DNA of 59,175 bases, filler included. It is 6 parts of 6 records of this genome, joined end to end, with 100 filler letters (N's around TTAATTAATTAA, not from the genome) between each part and the next. Parts side by side here need not be neighbours in the genome. Positions count along the whole stretch, not along the records: positions 21,342 to 34,309 come from SRR20825019_1561; positions 34,410 to 42,352 come from SRR20825019_1562; 4 more parts are not named here. The stretch is one strand, 5' to 3'. Made by a program: the position numbers and the translations under genes. The first letter of the stretch is position 1, and each line of letters starts with the position of its first letter. Under the pieces are notes generated by a model. That model saw nothing but the letters and a program-made list of their open reading frames with translations, had not been told where the DNA came from and searched no databases. Below, in pieces: positions 27,301 to 36,561 of this stretch.

Positions 27301-27936
27301 TTTAAGAAGAACTTTAAGCGTTTTTCACTTACCCATGGTTATAGAGCGAGCTATACGGTTAATCAGTTTCAATCTAATTTAGATTACGATGAAAACAATC
27401 CAGAAGCTACCGATCAATCTGGAAACTTTAAGGCAAAAACATTGCTTACAAACGTAAACCTAACAGAGCAATTTTCACCGTTATTGCGTATGGATTTTGA
27501 AATGAAAAATTCAGTAAAAATCCTTGCCGAGATGCGAAAAGACCGCGCATTATCTTTAAGTTTTGCGAATAATTTGCTTACTGAAATAAAAGGAAACGAA
27601 TACATTATTGGTCTTGGATATAGAATCAAAGACCTTCGAATTGCAACAAATTTTGGAGGAAAAAAATCTGTTATTACTAGTGATTTAAACTTTAAAGTAG
27701 ATCTTTCTAGAAGAGATAATGTAACAATTATTAGGTATTTGGATATTCAAAATAACCAAACAACGGCTGGTCAAACAATCTATGGCGCTCAATTGTCCAT
27801 TGATTATGCATTAAGCAAAAACCTAACAGCCTTGTTCTATTATGACCATACCTTCTCTGAGTACGCTATTTCAACAGCGTTCCCGCAAACAACAATTAGA
27901 AGTGGATTTACACTTCGCTATAACTTTGGAAACTAA
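21343..27936 (+). CDS. sprA: Type IX secretion/gliding-motility outer-membrane translocon SprA, 5' truncated
   Basis: ORF of more than 2190 aa beginning ..GNVSMPLNSTLIQGAQSLFGVKTQLQFG and ending SGFTLRYNFGN; directly upstream of gcvH as in Flavobacteriaceae. Confidence 0.93.
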   Translation: MEVGNVSMPLNSTLIQGAQSLFGVKTQLQFGKTTITGVFSEQKSETRTVTAEGGATITDFELFALDYDDNRHFFLGHYFRDNYDRVLKQYPFINSNVQITRMEVWITNRTSRTENVRNIVALQDIGESDPTNIGLKFPPGGFINASRSAYPDNGNNDFNPFGINGGAQTLLNSAIRDVATVGQGFTGVQVSEGKDYVTLENARRLDAGEYSLNSQLGYISLNQRLTNDEVLAVSYQFTVNGKVYQVGEFSNDGVEANGGVQNTGTVTNPGDEQGGIAQNLVVKMLKSSITSVEEPNWDLMMKNIYPIGAYQLEKEDFKLNILYTDPSPLNYIKEAQGTVGHPAAELPEDVKNQILLKVFNLDRLNFNNDPVQGGDGFFDFLSGITVDAQNGRIIFTTVEPFGEHLFEKLNVPSVPATYTMPDTYNANQDKYVFRTLYTGTKTQAEQQESEKNKFQLKGSYKSTGADGIPIGAFNIPQGSVTVTAGGRTLVEGVDYTVNYQLGRVQILDPTLLNSNIPISVSTENNSLFGQQSKRFTGLNVEHKFSDKFLVGATYLNLNERPLTQKSSYGVEPINNSIFGINLNYSTEVPFLTRMVNHLPNIDTDVESNISLRGEFAYLKPGAPKVSDFDGKTTVYVDDFEASQTGNDISAPLSWSLASTPLGFGGDLANEDLSYNYNRAKLAWYSIDPIFYSSQRPDGINDQDLSSPFTRRVFRDEIFPQQDIIQGQTQALFTLDLAYYPSQRGEYNFNPAAQGTNELPNPQDRFGGIMRPITTTDFEKSNVEYIQFWVMDPFIYDENTSNPGGMLNFNLGSISEDILKDGRKQYENGLPRDGSKANTLSSSMAVTPSSQSLVYTFDTEGDERTNQDIGLDGLNDLDELVDPKNPGSPNTSLRSAFGGLSDPANDNYQYFLDAEGNILNRYLKYNGTQGNSPSEVTNTNRGSTAQPDVEDINRDNTMNTINSYFEYNIPFKNVGGQLETVNNKYVTDVKTLDVTTQDNSVIPVRWVQFKIPVSKPDQALNGISDFRSIRFMRMFLSEFSQNTVLRFGTLELVRGDYRRFDKTLDEVTFEDPSNDDTVFEVQAVSIEENENRQPIPYVLPPGLQREELNNNNNIIRENEQSLSLRVCGLEPNDGRAVYKNFNVDMRQYKNLEMFIHAESLENETALSDGQLVAFMRLGNDLTNNYYEVQIPLNPTNFGARSAEEIWPLANRLNLPLELLQQVKTKVLGDQAFDQTIVNFFNQSELEGGTTNGENELRIGIKGNPSFGNVRTIMLGVRNSTTNDLCGEVWFNELRMSELQNQGGWAAVVSMDANIADFATISATGRKSTVGFGSLEQGPNQRSREDLQQYDVVTNLNLGQLMPKKWGVQLPFNYGRSEELITPQYDPEFQDIELDSRIDNTDDQEEKDRIKEQAVDYTKRQSVNFIGVRKERTGDSKPQFYDVENLTASFSYNQTDHHDFEVEDALEQNVRAGATYNHNFTAKPVEPFKKNDSLFTGKYWQFLKDFNFNYLPTNVSVTSNITRQYNEQKFREIDLLDDNIGLPRLYQRNYLFDWQYTINHNLTKSLRFNFTSSNNRIVNNYVNEGGIVNNEIGVWDGFFDLGDPNQHVQSLQVNYDLPFNKFPFLKFIRATYSYTGDYQWQAGSDQFTNLPIQLSDGTTNTYNLGNSIQNGSTHQINSSIDMNGFYRYVGLTKIKTSRASRKTADGNDGDSKSGGDEKNSLSNGKSSAPSVLGRGAAGGTGGAGGGLNAGDKALNSVIGLATMLKKIQFNYQENNGIYLPGYLPSIGFIGTLKPTTGFIFGSQAEIREMAAKKGWLTLYPEFNEQYTEVESRQMDIQANLEPINDLTIDINGSRIYSENYAENFIVNDGLYNSLTPNTFGNFNISTVLIKTAFGASDEIGSEAFDEFRNNRLTIANRLAEEYYQGRAFNRTDDGFPVGFGRNSQDVLLPSFLAAYKGSNASKEKTGIFRDIPLPNWDVKYTGLMNIAWFKKNFKRFSLTHGYRASYTVNQFQSNLDYDENNPEATDQSGNFKAKTLLTNVNLTEQFSPLLRMDFEMKNSVKILAEMRKDRALSLSFANNLLTEIKGNEYIIGLGYRIKDLRIATNFGGKKSVITSDLNFKVDLSRRDNVTIIRYLDIQNNQTTAGQTIYGAQLSIDYALSKNLTALFYYDHTFSEYAISTAFPQTTIRSGFTLRYNFGN

Positions 27937-27960
27937 AAAAACTCTTATATATTATTTATT

Positions 27961-28338
27961 ATGAATGTACCATCTAACCTAAAGTATACAAAAGACCACG
28001 AATGGATTAAGGTTGAAGGCGATATTGCTACTATCGGTGTAACCGATTTTGCTCAAAGCGAACTTGGTGATATTGTATACGTGGAAGTTGAAACCGTTGG
28101 CGAAACAATGGATAAAGAAGAAGTATTTGGAACCGTTGAAGCTGTAAAAACTGTTTCAGACCTTTTTTTACCACTCTCTGGTGAAATTATTGAATTTAAT
28201 GATTCTTTAGAGTCAGAACCTGAAAAAGTAAATACAGATGCATACGGTGAAGGCTGGATGATTAAATTGAAGATTTCAAACCCAGATGAAATAGCTGAAT
28301 TATTGGACGATGCTGCCTATAAAGCGCTTATTGGGTAA
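27961..28338 (+). CDS. gcvH: Glycine cleavage system H protein
   Basis: Motifs [23 protein letters not shown], lipoyl-lysine motif VEAVKTVSD, and YGEGWMIK. Confidence 0.96.
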   Translation: MNVPSNLKYTKDHEWIKVEGDIATIGVTDFAQSELGDIVYVEVETVGETMDKEEVFGTVEAVKTVSDLFLPLSGEIIEFNDSLESEPEKVNTDAYGEGWMIKLKISNPDEIAELLDDAAYKALIG

Positions 28339-28705
28339 TAAAACCCTCTTACTAATTGCCGTATTTTACAGCTGTGCTATAACAACCCTGTTTTTTATTC
28401 CAAGCCCAGAAATACCAAAAATAGAATTTTCAGATACAGATAAGGTAGTTCATTGTTTGGTTTATTTTATTCTGATAAATTTATGGATGTTATATTTTTA
28501 CGTAAGAAATAATTTCCAATTTACATTTAAATTGGTTTTGATGCTTCTTCTTACAATCCTGGTTTATGGCATAATAGTTGAAATATTACAAGGACTGTTA
28601 ACCGTTTCAAGAAGCGCAGATTTTTTTGATGTTTTAGCAAACTTAACAGGCTCATTACTTGGAATATTTTTTTTCAATAGCATTAAAAAAAAATTAAAAT
28701 CTTGA
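28310..28705 (+). CDS. VanZ-like membrane protein
   Basis: Motifs [15 protein letters not shown] and [14 protein letters not shown]; hydrophobic. Confidence 0.8.
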   Translation: MLPIKRLLGNKTLLLIAVFYSCAITTLFFIPSPEIPKIEFSDTDKVVHCLVYFILINLWMLYFYVRNNFQFTFKLVLMLLLTILVYGIIVEILQGLLTVSRSADFFDVLANLTGSLLGIFFFNSIKKKLKS

Positions 28706-28772
28706 AAATTTCAATTAAGTTTTAAATTGAATGATAATTTCTATATTTTAGCAACACGTTAAACACACTATT

Positions 28773-29495
28773 ATGGAACCCAAAAAAAATCCGAAAGCAG
28801 ACGTTAGTCGTAGAAGTATGCTTTTTTTCCAACTCGGAATGGTTGTAATGCTTTTTCTTGCATGGCAAGCAATTGAATGGAAGTCGTATGATAAATCCGA
28901 TAGCGACTACGGAAAACTAGATTTAGGCGATGAATTGGAAGAAGAAATTCCAATCACACAACAATTAACGCCACCACCGCCACCACCGCCACCGCCACCA
29001 GCACCTGAAGTAATTGAGGTTATGGAAGACGAAGACGAAGAAGAGGAGACTATAATAGAATCTACAGAAGCGAAACAAGATGAAAAAATTGTTGAAGTAA
29101 AGGAGATTAGAGAAGAAGTAGTTGAAGAAGAAATTGCTGATGTACCTTTCGCAGTTATCGAAAATGTGCCAATCTATCCTGGTTGTGAAAACGAAAAAGG
29201 AAACGACGCAAAAAAGAAATGCATGTCTTCAAAAATTAGTGCATTCATAAACAAAAAGTTTGATACCAACTTGGCTTCAGATTTAGGTTTAGAAGGAAGA
29301 CAACGTATTGCAGTTCAATTTAAGATTGATAAAAGTGGGAGAGTTGTAGATGTTCGTGCTCGTGCACCGCATCCAAGACTTGAAAAAGAAGCGATGAGTG
29401 TTGTTCAATCACTTCCAAATATGACGCCAGGAAAACAAAGAGGTAAACCAGTTGGGGTACTTTATTCTCTTCCTATTGTGTTTGATATTCAGTAG
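28773..29495 (+). CDS. tonB: Energy transducer TonB
   Basis: N-terminal anchor, poly-Pro tract, acidic linker and TonB_C domain (PGKQRGKPVGVLYSLPIVF). Confidence 0.88.
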   Translation: MEPKKNPKADVSRRSMLFFQLGMVVMLFLAWQAIEWKSYDKSDSDYGKLDLGDELEEEIPITQQLTPPPPPPPPPPAPEVIEVMEDEDEEEETIIESTEAKQDEKIVEVKEIREEVVEEEIADVPFAVIENVPIYPGCENEKGNDAKKKCMSSKISAFINKKFDTNLASDLGLEGRQRIAVQFKIDKSGRVVDVRARAPHPRLEKEAMSVVQSLPNMTPGKQRGKPVGVLYSLPIVFDIQ

Positions 29496-29517
29496 ATAAA
29501 CATAGAAATATTATTAT

Positions 29518-29554
29518 AAAAGTCCCGTCTTTGCATAGCTAAGACGGGACTTTT
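29518..29554 (+). terminator. Intrinsic (possibly bidirectional) terminator
   Basis: AAAAGTCCCGTCTT-loop-AAGACGGGACTTTT, just after tonB. Confidence 0.8.
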
Positions 29555-29613
29555 ATGTTTTGGCATAACAGTTGTAATTAATAAGTTGTATTAATCCTTT
29601 AAAACCATTTATT

Positions 29614-30390
29614 ATGAAAGCAAACACAAAAAATGCCAGAACCAAAAGAGACGATAAAAAACAAATCAACATCAAATGGAATTCACGTTTGTTTTTCCAA
29701 TTAGGTATAATAGTTAGTTTGCTATTCGTATTCTTTATAATGCAAATGGATTTTGAGAAGAAAGCCATGGCCGTAATTAATTCAACTTCTGAAGGGATAA
29801 TTGAACCGCCCATGATTACCTATGTATTGGATGTTGATATGCCAAAACCTAAAACAGAAACGGTAAAAGTTAAACCAAAGCAACTAGTACAAAAAGTTGT
29901 AAAGAGTAATAATTTTGTTGTAAAACCAAACACTTCACCAGATGAAGAAACTCCAGTTTTGCCAACTGATGAGCCTGTAGTGGAAAGTCAACCGATACCA
30001 GTTAGCCCTCCAGTAGCAAATAAGCCAGAGAAACCTGAATTTTTGAATAGTGTTGAGTTTGTTCCTGTTTTTCCTGGATGTGAAATGTTAGGTACAAACG
30101 CTGAGAAAATTGAGTGTATGTCTTCAAAAATTAATTCCTTTATAAATAAAAATTTTAGAACAGAATTACTTGAAAACTTACAGTCAAATGAGACTCATAG
30201 GGTGTATGTTAACTTTAAAATCGATGCGAAGGGGTATGTAACAGATGTTATGGCAAATTCACATGATTTAAAATTAAAGAAAGAAGCACAGCGCGTAATT
30301 GCAGATCTTCCAAACATGAGACCCGGAAAACAAGGAGATAAAAATGTAGCTGTTTTATATACAATTCCTATTGTTTTTAATATTCAATAA
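29614..30390 (+). CDS. Second TonB-family energy transducer (paralogue)
   Basis: LFFQLG anchor, Pro-rich linker, VPVFPGC and PGKQGDKNVAVLYTIPIVFNIQ. Confidence 0.82.
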   Translation: MKANTKNARTKRDDKKQINIKWNSRLFFQLGIIVSLLFVFFIMQMDFEKKAMAVINSTSEGIIEPPMITYVLDVDMPKPKTETVKVKPKQLVQKVVKSNNFVVKPNTSPDEETPVLPTDEPVVESQPIPVSPPVANKPEKPEFLNSVEFVPVFPGCEMLGTNAEKIECMSSKINSFINKNFRTELLENLQSNETHRVYVNFKIDAKGYVTDVMANSHDLKLKKEAQRVIADLPNMRPGKQGDKNVAVLYTIPIVFNIQ

Positions 30391-30410
30391 TTTATTTCTT
30401 TTATATTTAG

Positions 30411-30445
30411 AAAAGCTCCCTTTTAATTAAATGGGAGCTTTTTTT
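30411..30445 (+). terminator. Intrinsic terminator
   Basis: AAAAGCTCCC...GGGAGCTTTTTTT. Confidence 0.75.
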
Positions 30446-30502
30446 AAAACCAGCCATTGTAAAAAATCTGTATCTTTCGCCTTTAATTGATTACACTAAC
30501 AG

Positions 30503-32593
30503 ATGAAGCATTTTTTCTTCTTTTTAATATGTACTATTTCGGTAGTATCTTTTGGTCAAATTCCTTCAGCGCAATATGAAAAATATCCTGTTTTTGAGGA
30601 ATGTAAAGATGTAGTTGTTAATTCAATGGAAAGTTGTTTTAAAAATACATTACACCAATTTATTTTTGAAAATTTTAAGGTGCCCGAAAAAGTTTTTACA
30701 GAAAATTATAAAGGAAATGTAAATGTACTTTTTGAAGTTACGAAAGAAGGTAAGTTTAAAGTTTTATACATTGATGGTATTTATAATGAATTAAAAGAAG
30801 AAGCAAGACGGGTTTTTGAAACACTTCCGGCAGTAGAACCAGCAACTTATAATGGATCCCCAGCGTATGTACAATTTACTTTTCCTATAACAATTCCACT
30901 GGTTGCTCCAGGTGAAAGTATTATACAAGCTACTGCTATTTCAAAAGAAAATGAAAGAGAAGCTTTGGTAGATGAGTTTGATGCAATTGTAAATTTGCCT
31001 TATAATAATGAGGAGTATAGAAGCAATATAAATATCCCACTTTCACATCATAACTATAGCCTTTTTGATCCAGCATTGAATAGGGTTGGCTTAAATAATC
31101 ATACCGCACAAAAACCTTATATTTATTCAGAAGTAAATAAATATTATGATTTTGAGGCTGCGAATAAAGAAATTTTAAAAGAAAAGTCTTCATGGTTTGG
31201 GCGAAAATTTTGGAACGAACACCTTGTTACAGTTAAAGGTAAAGAATATTGGTTAACCTTTGATGCAGGAGTCGATTTGCAAGCAGGAAAAGATACAGAT
31301 GCGGATATAGACACGTATAATAATACCCGTTTGGTGTACACCCAAGGAGGTATTGGCAAACAAATTAATTTTTTTGGAGTTATTTATGAAAGCCAAGGTC
31401 GCTTTGCTGATTATTTTAATAGATATGCTGAATCTATTCGCGCATCTGGAGGCAGTCCAGCATTAATACCCGGTCATGGAATAGCAAAGGTGTTTAGGTC
31501 AGATTCATACGATTACCCGGTAGCTACTGGTCATATTTCATATACTCCTTCTAAATTTTTTAATCTACAACTTGGGCATGGCAAAACATTTATAGGTGAT
31601 GGATACCGTTCATTGTTATTTAGTGATAATGCCAGTCCCTATCCTTTTCTTAAAATAAATACTACTTTTTGGAAATTAAAATATACCAATACGTGGATGT
31701 CACTTAGGGATGTGCGACCAGAAGCAACTGTTGATCGTGCGTACAGAACAAAATATATGGCAACCCATTATTTAAGTTATAATATTACAAAACGATTTAA
31801 TTTAGGGCTCTTTGAATCTGTAATTTGGCAAAACGATAACGATCGTGGTTTTGATGTAAACTATCTTAATCCAATTATTTTTTATCGTGCCATAGAGTTT
31901 TCTACCGGTTCAAGAAGTGGAAATGCTTTAATCGGTATTAGCGGAAAGTATAAAGTAAATGATCGAATAAATATTTACAGTCAATTTATTATTGATGAAT
32001 TTTCTACGAGTGACGTATTTGGTGGAGCTGGTAGCTATAAAAACAAAACAGGATATCAGTTGGGGTTAAAGTATTATAATGCTTTTGGGTTTAAAAACCT
32101 CTATTTGCAAACAGAATACAATAGAGTGCGCCCTTATACTTATTCTCATAATTCCGTAGTATTAAATTATGGACACAATAATCAATCTATGGCTCATACT
32201 CTTGGGGCTAATTTTTCTGAATTTATAGCTATTGCACGTTACCAAAATGGTAGAATTTATGGCGACCTAAAACTTATTACGGCAAAACGAGGCTTTGAGT
32301 TTAATACAGATGAAGACGCTAATTTTTATGGTGGAAGTATTTATGGCACAGAAAACGATCGTGTTTCTGAAAACGGAAATGAATTGGCTCAAGGAAATAC
32401 CACTGATTTCTTTCATGCAGAGCTTCAAGCAGGTTATGTTATAAACCCAGCAACGAACTTAAAAATTTATGGAAGTTTTATTTATAGAAATTTTGAGCCT
32501 GAAGTAAATACTGAAACAGTTTTTGAAAATCAAACCACTTGGGTGAATTTTGGGATCCGTACAGATTTATTTAACTGGTATTACGATTTTTAG
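30503..32593 (+). CDS. remB: Gliding motility protein RemB-like (TonB_C-like N-terminus plus outer-membrane domain)
   Basis: Signal peptide, YPVFEEC, GDGYRSLLFSDNA and C-terminal TDLFNWYYDF; lies between tonB and cyoE as in Flavobacteriaceae. Confidence 0.7.
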   Translation: MKHFFFFLICTISVVSFGQIPSAQYEKYPVFEECKDVVVNSMESCFKNTLHQFIFENFKVPEKVFTENYKGNVNVLFEVTKEGKFKVLYIDGIYNELKEEARRVFETLPAVEPATYNGSPAYVQFTFPITIPLVAPGESIIQATAISKENEREALVDEFDAIVNLPYNNEEYRSNINIPLSHHNYSLFDPALNRVGLNNHTAQKPYIYSEVNKYYDFEAANKEILKEKSSWFGRKFWNEHLVTVKGKEYWLTFDAGVDLQAGKDTDADIDTYNNTRLVYTQGGIGKQINFFGVIYESQGRFADYFNRYAESIRASGGSPALIPGHGIAKVFRSDSYDYPVATGHISYTPSKFFNLQLGHGKTFIGDGYRSLLFSDNASPYPFLKINTTFWKLKYTNTWMSLRDVRPEATVDRAYRTKYMATHYLSYNITKRFNLGLFESVIWQNDNDRGFDVNYLNPIIFYRAIEFSTGSRSGNALIGISGKYKVNDRINIYSQFIIDEFSTSDVFGGAGSYKNKTGYQLGLKYYNAFGFKNLYLQTEYNRVRPYTYSHNSVVLNYGHNNQSMAHTLGANFSEFIAIARYQNGRIYGDLKLITAKRGFEFNTDEDANFYGGSIYGTENDRVSENGNELAQGNTTDFFHAELQAGYVINPATNLKIYGSFIYRNFEPEVNTETVFENQTTWVNFGIRTDLFNWYYDF

Positions 32594-32650
32594 AGTGTAA
32601 ATTTTATGCTCAAACCAAATTTTTCATCTGAAGTAAATAAGTAAGGTTGG

Positions 32651-33622
32651 TTACTCCTTTTTTTCTTTCATTTGATCTCTAAGCTTTTCACGAGCCTTTT
32701 TGTTGTTTTCGTCATTGATTTCGATCTGTTTACGTGATTTTGCAACTTCTGCATAAACCATTTTTAAAAAAGTTTCTCTATTTATAAAGCCAGAACCATA
32801 GCCTTGTTCATCGTATTCTTTGGTTAATTCAGGCGTGTTTAGTACATCTGCTTCGGTTTTTTTTGTAATGTAAAGCATAGAAACTTTTTTGTAGACAGTA
32901 GAGAGCATATTAACTGTTTTTTGAAGGTCTTTATAAGTTCCTACATTTCCGTGGCCAGGAATTATTTTTGTGTCTTCATTAATTAACATCATAGCTTTTT
33001 CTAAACCTGCAATATAACCCAAAATACTCCCTCCATTTTGTGTGTCTATATAAGGGTATTTTCCATTAAAAAAAACATCTCCAGTGTGTAAAACATTACT
33101 TTTTGTAAAATAAACCATCGCATCTCCATCAGTATGGGCATTATGGATATGAAAAACATAAATTTTTTCACCGTTGAAATTAAAAGTCAAATCTTCAGAA
33201 AAAGTTACCATTGGAAGCGTGTTTTCTTGTATCTTTTTCTTCTCTTCATTTATGATATTTGACAAACGATTACGAACATTTTCTTGTGAAAAAATTATGG
33301 TTCCAGTGTCTGCCATTGCTGAGTTTCCTCCAGTGTGATCTCCGTGAAAATGAGTGTTAATCAATAACCGTATTGGTTTATCGCTAATTTTTTTTATTTC
33401 GTTCTGAACTTGTTCAATACCATCAGCATACTGATCATCTATCATAAAAATACCGTCGTTACCAATACTTAGCCCAATATTTCCACCTTTGCCTTGAAGC
33501 ATATGAATGTTGTTTTGAACTTTAATTATTTTTACATGTGTTTTGTCGCCTGTATCTGTCTGAGCAATAGTTGCTAATGATAATAATGTAAAAATTGTGC
33601 TGAAAAATAATTTGGGTGCCAT
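32651..33622 (-). CDS. Secreted MBL-fold metallo-hydrolase (cyclase-like)
   Basis: Signal peptide; motifs NTHFHGDHTGGN, AHTDGD, HTGDVF and IIPGHG. Confidence 0.85.
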   Translation of the reverse strand: MAPKLFFSTIFTLLSLATIAQTDTGDKTHVKIIKVQNNIHMLQGKGGNIGLSIGNDGIFMIDDQYADGIEQVQNEIKKISDKPIRLLINTHFHGDHTGGNSAMADTGTIIFSQENVRNRLSNIINEEKKKIQENTLPMVTFSEDLTFNFNGEKIYVFHIHNAHTDGDAMVYFTKSNVLHTGDVFFNGKYPYIDTQNGGSILGYIAGLEKAMMLINEDTKIIPGHGNVGTYKDLQKTVNMLSTVYKKVSMLYITKKTEADVLNTPELTKEYDEQGYGSGFINRETFLKMVYAEVAKSRKQIEINDENNKKAREKLRDQMKEKKE

Positions 33623-33717
33623 ATTTTTTGATTTAAATATTGGTTCAAATTACTAAAAATGCTGAAATAAAAGCATAAGATTGTTGATAATATATTGCTG
33701 AAAAAATTAAGGAAGCG

Positions 33718-33725
33718 TATCTTTG
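33718..33725 (+). promoter_or_regulatory. Bacteroidetes sigma70 -7 element (TAnnTTTG) upstream of cyoE
   Basis: TATCTTTG about 20 nt before the likely TTG start at 33747. Confidence 0.55.
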
Positions 33726-33746
33726 CATCGCTTAAAATTAAAGATA

Positions 33747-34309
33747 TTGTCTGTTACACAATCACAATCTATTACTAATTCCTTAATTAGGAATTTTACT
33801 GAGATAACAAAGCTGAGACTTTCAGTGAGTGTGGTGTTTTCTTCTGTGGCAGGTTATTTATTAGGAGCCGACTCTGTAGATTTTTATATACTTTTCTTAT
33901 TATGTGTTGGGGGGTATTGTATGGTTGGCGCTTCAAATGTATACAATCAAATTATTGAGCGAGATCTAGATGCATTGATGGATCGCACAAAAAATAGGCC
34001 GTTGCCAGCAGGACAAATGAGTTTTCAGTCTGCTTTTATTCTTGCTAGTATTCTTACTATTATAGGAATTGTTGTGCTCTATGCTATCAATCCGATTACT
34101 GCAATGTTTGGGGCTATTTCTATTTTTATGTACGTTAGCTTATACACTCCTTTAAAAACTAAAACGCCACTTTCTGTTTTTGTCGGTGCATTTCCAGGGG
34201 CTATTCCTTTTATGTTAGGGTGGGTAGCTGCTACAGGAAAATTTGGTATTGAACCTGGAACCTTATTTATGATTCAATTTTTTTGGCAATTCCCACATTT
34301 TTGGGCTAT
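33747..34309 (+). CDS. cyoE: Protoheme IX farnesyltransferase (heme o synthase), 3' truncated
   Basis: Motifs TKLRLS, NQIIERDLDALMDRTKNRPLP, YTPLK, GAFPGAIP and WQFPHFWA. Confidence 0.92.
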
Positions 34310-34409
34310 NNNNNNNNNNNNNNNNNNNNNNNNNNNNNNNNNNNNNNNNNNNNTTAATTAATTAANNNNNNNNNNNNNNNNNNNNNNNNNNNNNNNNNNN
34401 NNNNNNNNN
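34310..34409. other. Artificial contig spacer
   Basis: N44-TTAATTAATTAA-N44. Confidence 0.98.
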
Positions 34410-34559
34410 GCTCCTAAGCAAGATGCGAACGACTCCGATTAACATAAAGTATATTTGAAAGCACCGTACCGGCCACGCCACACCATAATTTCTGTAATTT
34501 CTGTTATGATACAGTTTTATACAGATCCTGGCGGTTAATCTGGTATTGCTTCTAATTTT

Positions 34560-34845
34560 AGGTCGGCGTGTGTCCGGGGCCGCGCCCCCGGCCCGGTCAG
34601 CAGTACCCGGCGGCCCGCGCCGGCCCCGGCCGCCCCGGCCACCCGGCTCACCTGGCCCTGCCCCCCGGCGCCGGAATGTGTCCGTCGGGCCCCCCCCCCC
34701 CGCCCCGCCGGATTCCGTGCCGGGGGCGGGGCGCGGGTGCTGGAGCCGGCTGATCGGCTCCGGGGCCCCACCGCCGGGCTCCGGCCCGGGCCGCCCCAAT
34801 GCCGGCAAGACAACTGTCGCCCACTGCAGCCCCGGCCCCCGTATA
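34560..34845. promoter_or_regulatory. GC-rich island upstream of the MYND gene
   Basis: Nearly pure G/C tract ending in a TATA-like TATATA (34842-34847) about 50 nt before ATG 34895. Confidence 0.45.
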
Positions 34846-34894
34846 TACGGCACGCCTGCGAATGGATACGACAAGTAGCCACAAGTGAAAAGAT

Positions 34895-35758
34895 ATGTCT
34901 GCCGTAAACCTTAACCCGGAGCTTCAAGGCGAACTTGACCAGTACCTTCAGTATATGGATACTGTCTATCAGATCAAAGAGTTTGAGAACGACTCGGGCT
35001 ACTACTATGATGAACTGCAAAAGCTGACTACCAAAGCCGAGAAACAACAACATATTAGTGTGATTAAACAGTTGCGCAAGACCACGGAGGCTCGAAAGGT
35101 AGGGTTTGTCTCCCTCTCGACCAATGGCGCTCCACATGTCAACTTCAATATCAAGGTTGTAGGAGGTGGTTCGGACCCCAAGAAGTTGGAGAAGTCATAC
35201 CATTTCATATATGACATTCCTCCAGTCCTCTTGGCTGCGATGCGTGCTAAGAACGCGCTCGTGGCGCACCCAGTGCTTCAGACGTTGTGCAGAATGGTGT
35301 GCGTGGAAATGATCAAAGATGGCTGGACTTGTCCATGTGGAAAGAAGGCCGAAACCTTCAGGCTGCATCCCGTGAGCCACATCAGTGATAAGAAACCTCG
35401 CGTTGAGAACATAGACCCGCCTTGCATTGCATTGTGTGGCAAGGATTCTTGTGCGACGAGTAAGTCTGCCGGAGTGGTGATTGATGGCGCTGGCAGTGGG
35501 TCAGTGGCTGATGGACAACCCATTGCCGGGGTTGTACCCCTTGAGGAAGGCACACCAACGGAAGGCACGAACACAGATGTTAGCACGAGTCTGAGTTGTG
35601 CTATGTGTAAGATCGACGCGCAATCTCTTGCGAAGTCTGGCGCACCGGCTCTGAAGTCCTGTGCTGCTTGTAAGAAGACGTGGTACTGCACTGTGGAATG
35701 CCAGAAGGTCCACTGGAAGCAGGGGCACAAGAAAGAGTGCAAAAAGCAGGCGGCGTAA
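34895..35758 (+). CDS. MYND-type zinc finger protein
   Basis: C-terminal CAMC...CAACKKTWYCTVECQKVHWKQGHKKEC. Confidence 0.85.
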   Translation: MSAVNLNPELQGELDQYLQYMDTVYQIKEFENDSGYYYDELQKLTTKAEKQQHISVIKQLRKTTEARKVGFVSLSTNGAPHVNFNIKVVGGGSDPKKLEKSYHFIYDIPPVLLAAMRAKNALVAHPVLQTLCRMVCVEMIKDGWTCPCGKKAETFRLHPVSHISDKKPRVENIDPPCIALCGKDSCATSKSAGVVIDGAGSGSVADGQPIAGVVPLEEGTPTEGTNTDVSTSLSCAMCKIDAQSLAKSGAPALKSCAACKKTWYCTVECQKVHWKQGHKKECKKQAA

Positions 35759-36039
35759 GAGTTTCGCAGCTATGTGAATACATGTGACGATGCAGTGTTA
35801 TCTATTGCTCGAGCTGACCGTCTCGGTGGGCGACCGGATTCCAGGCACGCTTTCCAGTCATCATTTTGTATGGACACCATCCGGTTTTTCAGCCTGCTAG
35901 CTAGCTACTCAAGTGGAGCCTGAGAGGAACCGGAAATAAATCCTAGTGACACCCCTGGCTTTGTGACTGAACATACACTCTCTGAGCAGTTGAGCTTGCT
36001 CAGTGCTGCCTCAGTCAGGCCGGTGCCTGACACATCGCA

Positions 36040-36440
36040 GGCAGCACTTGGCCGGGCCGGCGGGCGCCCCCGAGGCGTCCTCCGGTCCGGGGGCCCGGCC
36101 GGGTCCCGCCGCCCCCCCACCAGGCGGACTGACTGATTCGAGCGCGCGGCCCCGGCCCGGGCCGGGCCTGACCCCCGGGCCGCCGGGAGCCGGGCAAGGC
36201 CTTAGGGCCACGTGGACCCGGCGGCGCGGGCGGCCGAGCCGCCGGCCCCGGGGCGGCCGGCGGCGCCGTTTTTTCGTCACTCCCGCGGGCCGGTCCATCG
36301 ATACTATACGTCAGGGCGGGGTGTGCGGTACCGTACGGCGGAGGTCCCGCCGGCAACGGGCCGGACTGAGGCACGACTCGGCACCACTTCAACCGGGCGT
36401 GCCCTACCCCGGTGCCGGCGGCCCGGCCTAGCCGGCTCAC
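36040..36440. promoter_or_regulatory. GC-rich island upstream of the DTW gene
   Basis: GC/CpG-rich tract containing ACTGACTG at 36128. Confidence 0.4.
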
Positions 36441-36561
36441 AGTCCACCTCGTTAGTTCTTGGTGAAGCCGCTCGATTGGCCTTTTCACACCAATCCAGTG
36501 ACGCTCCATCTTTAAATAATGTACTTCGCTGTGAAGGAAAAAAGCAATGGTTTCGTCGTGA

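Noticed and set aside
32651-33622. Acquired metallo-beta-lactamase resistance gene
   Set aside because: It has HxHxDH and Asp in place of the B1 Cys, which fits the general MBL-fold hydrolase/cyclase group, and there is no mobile context.
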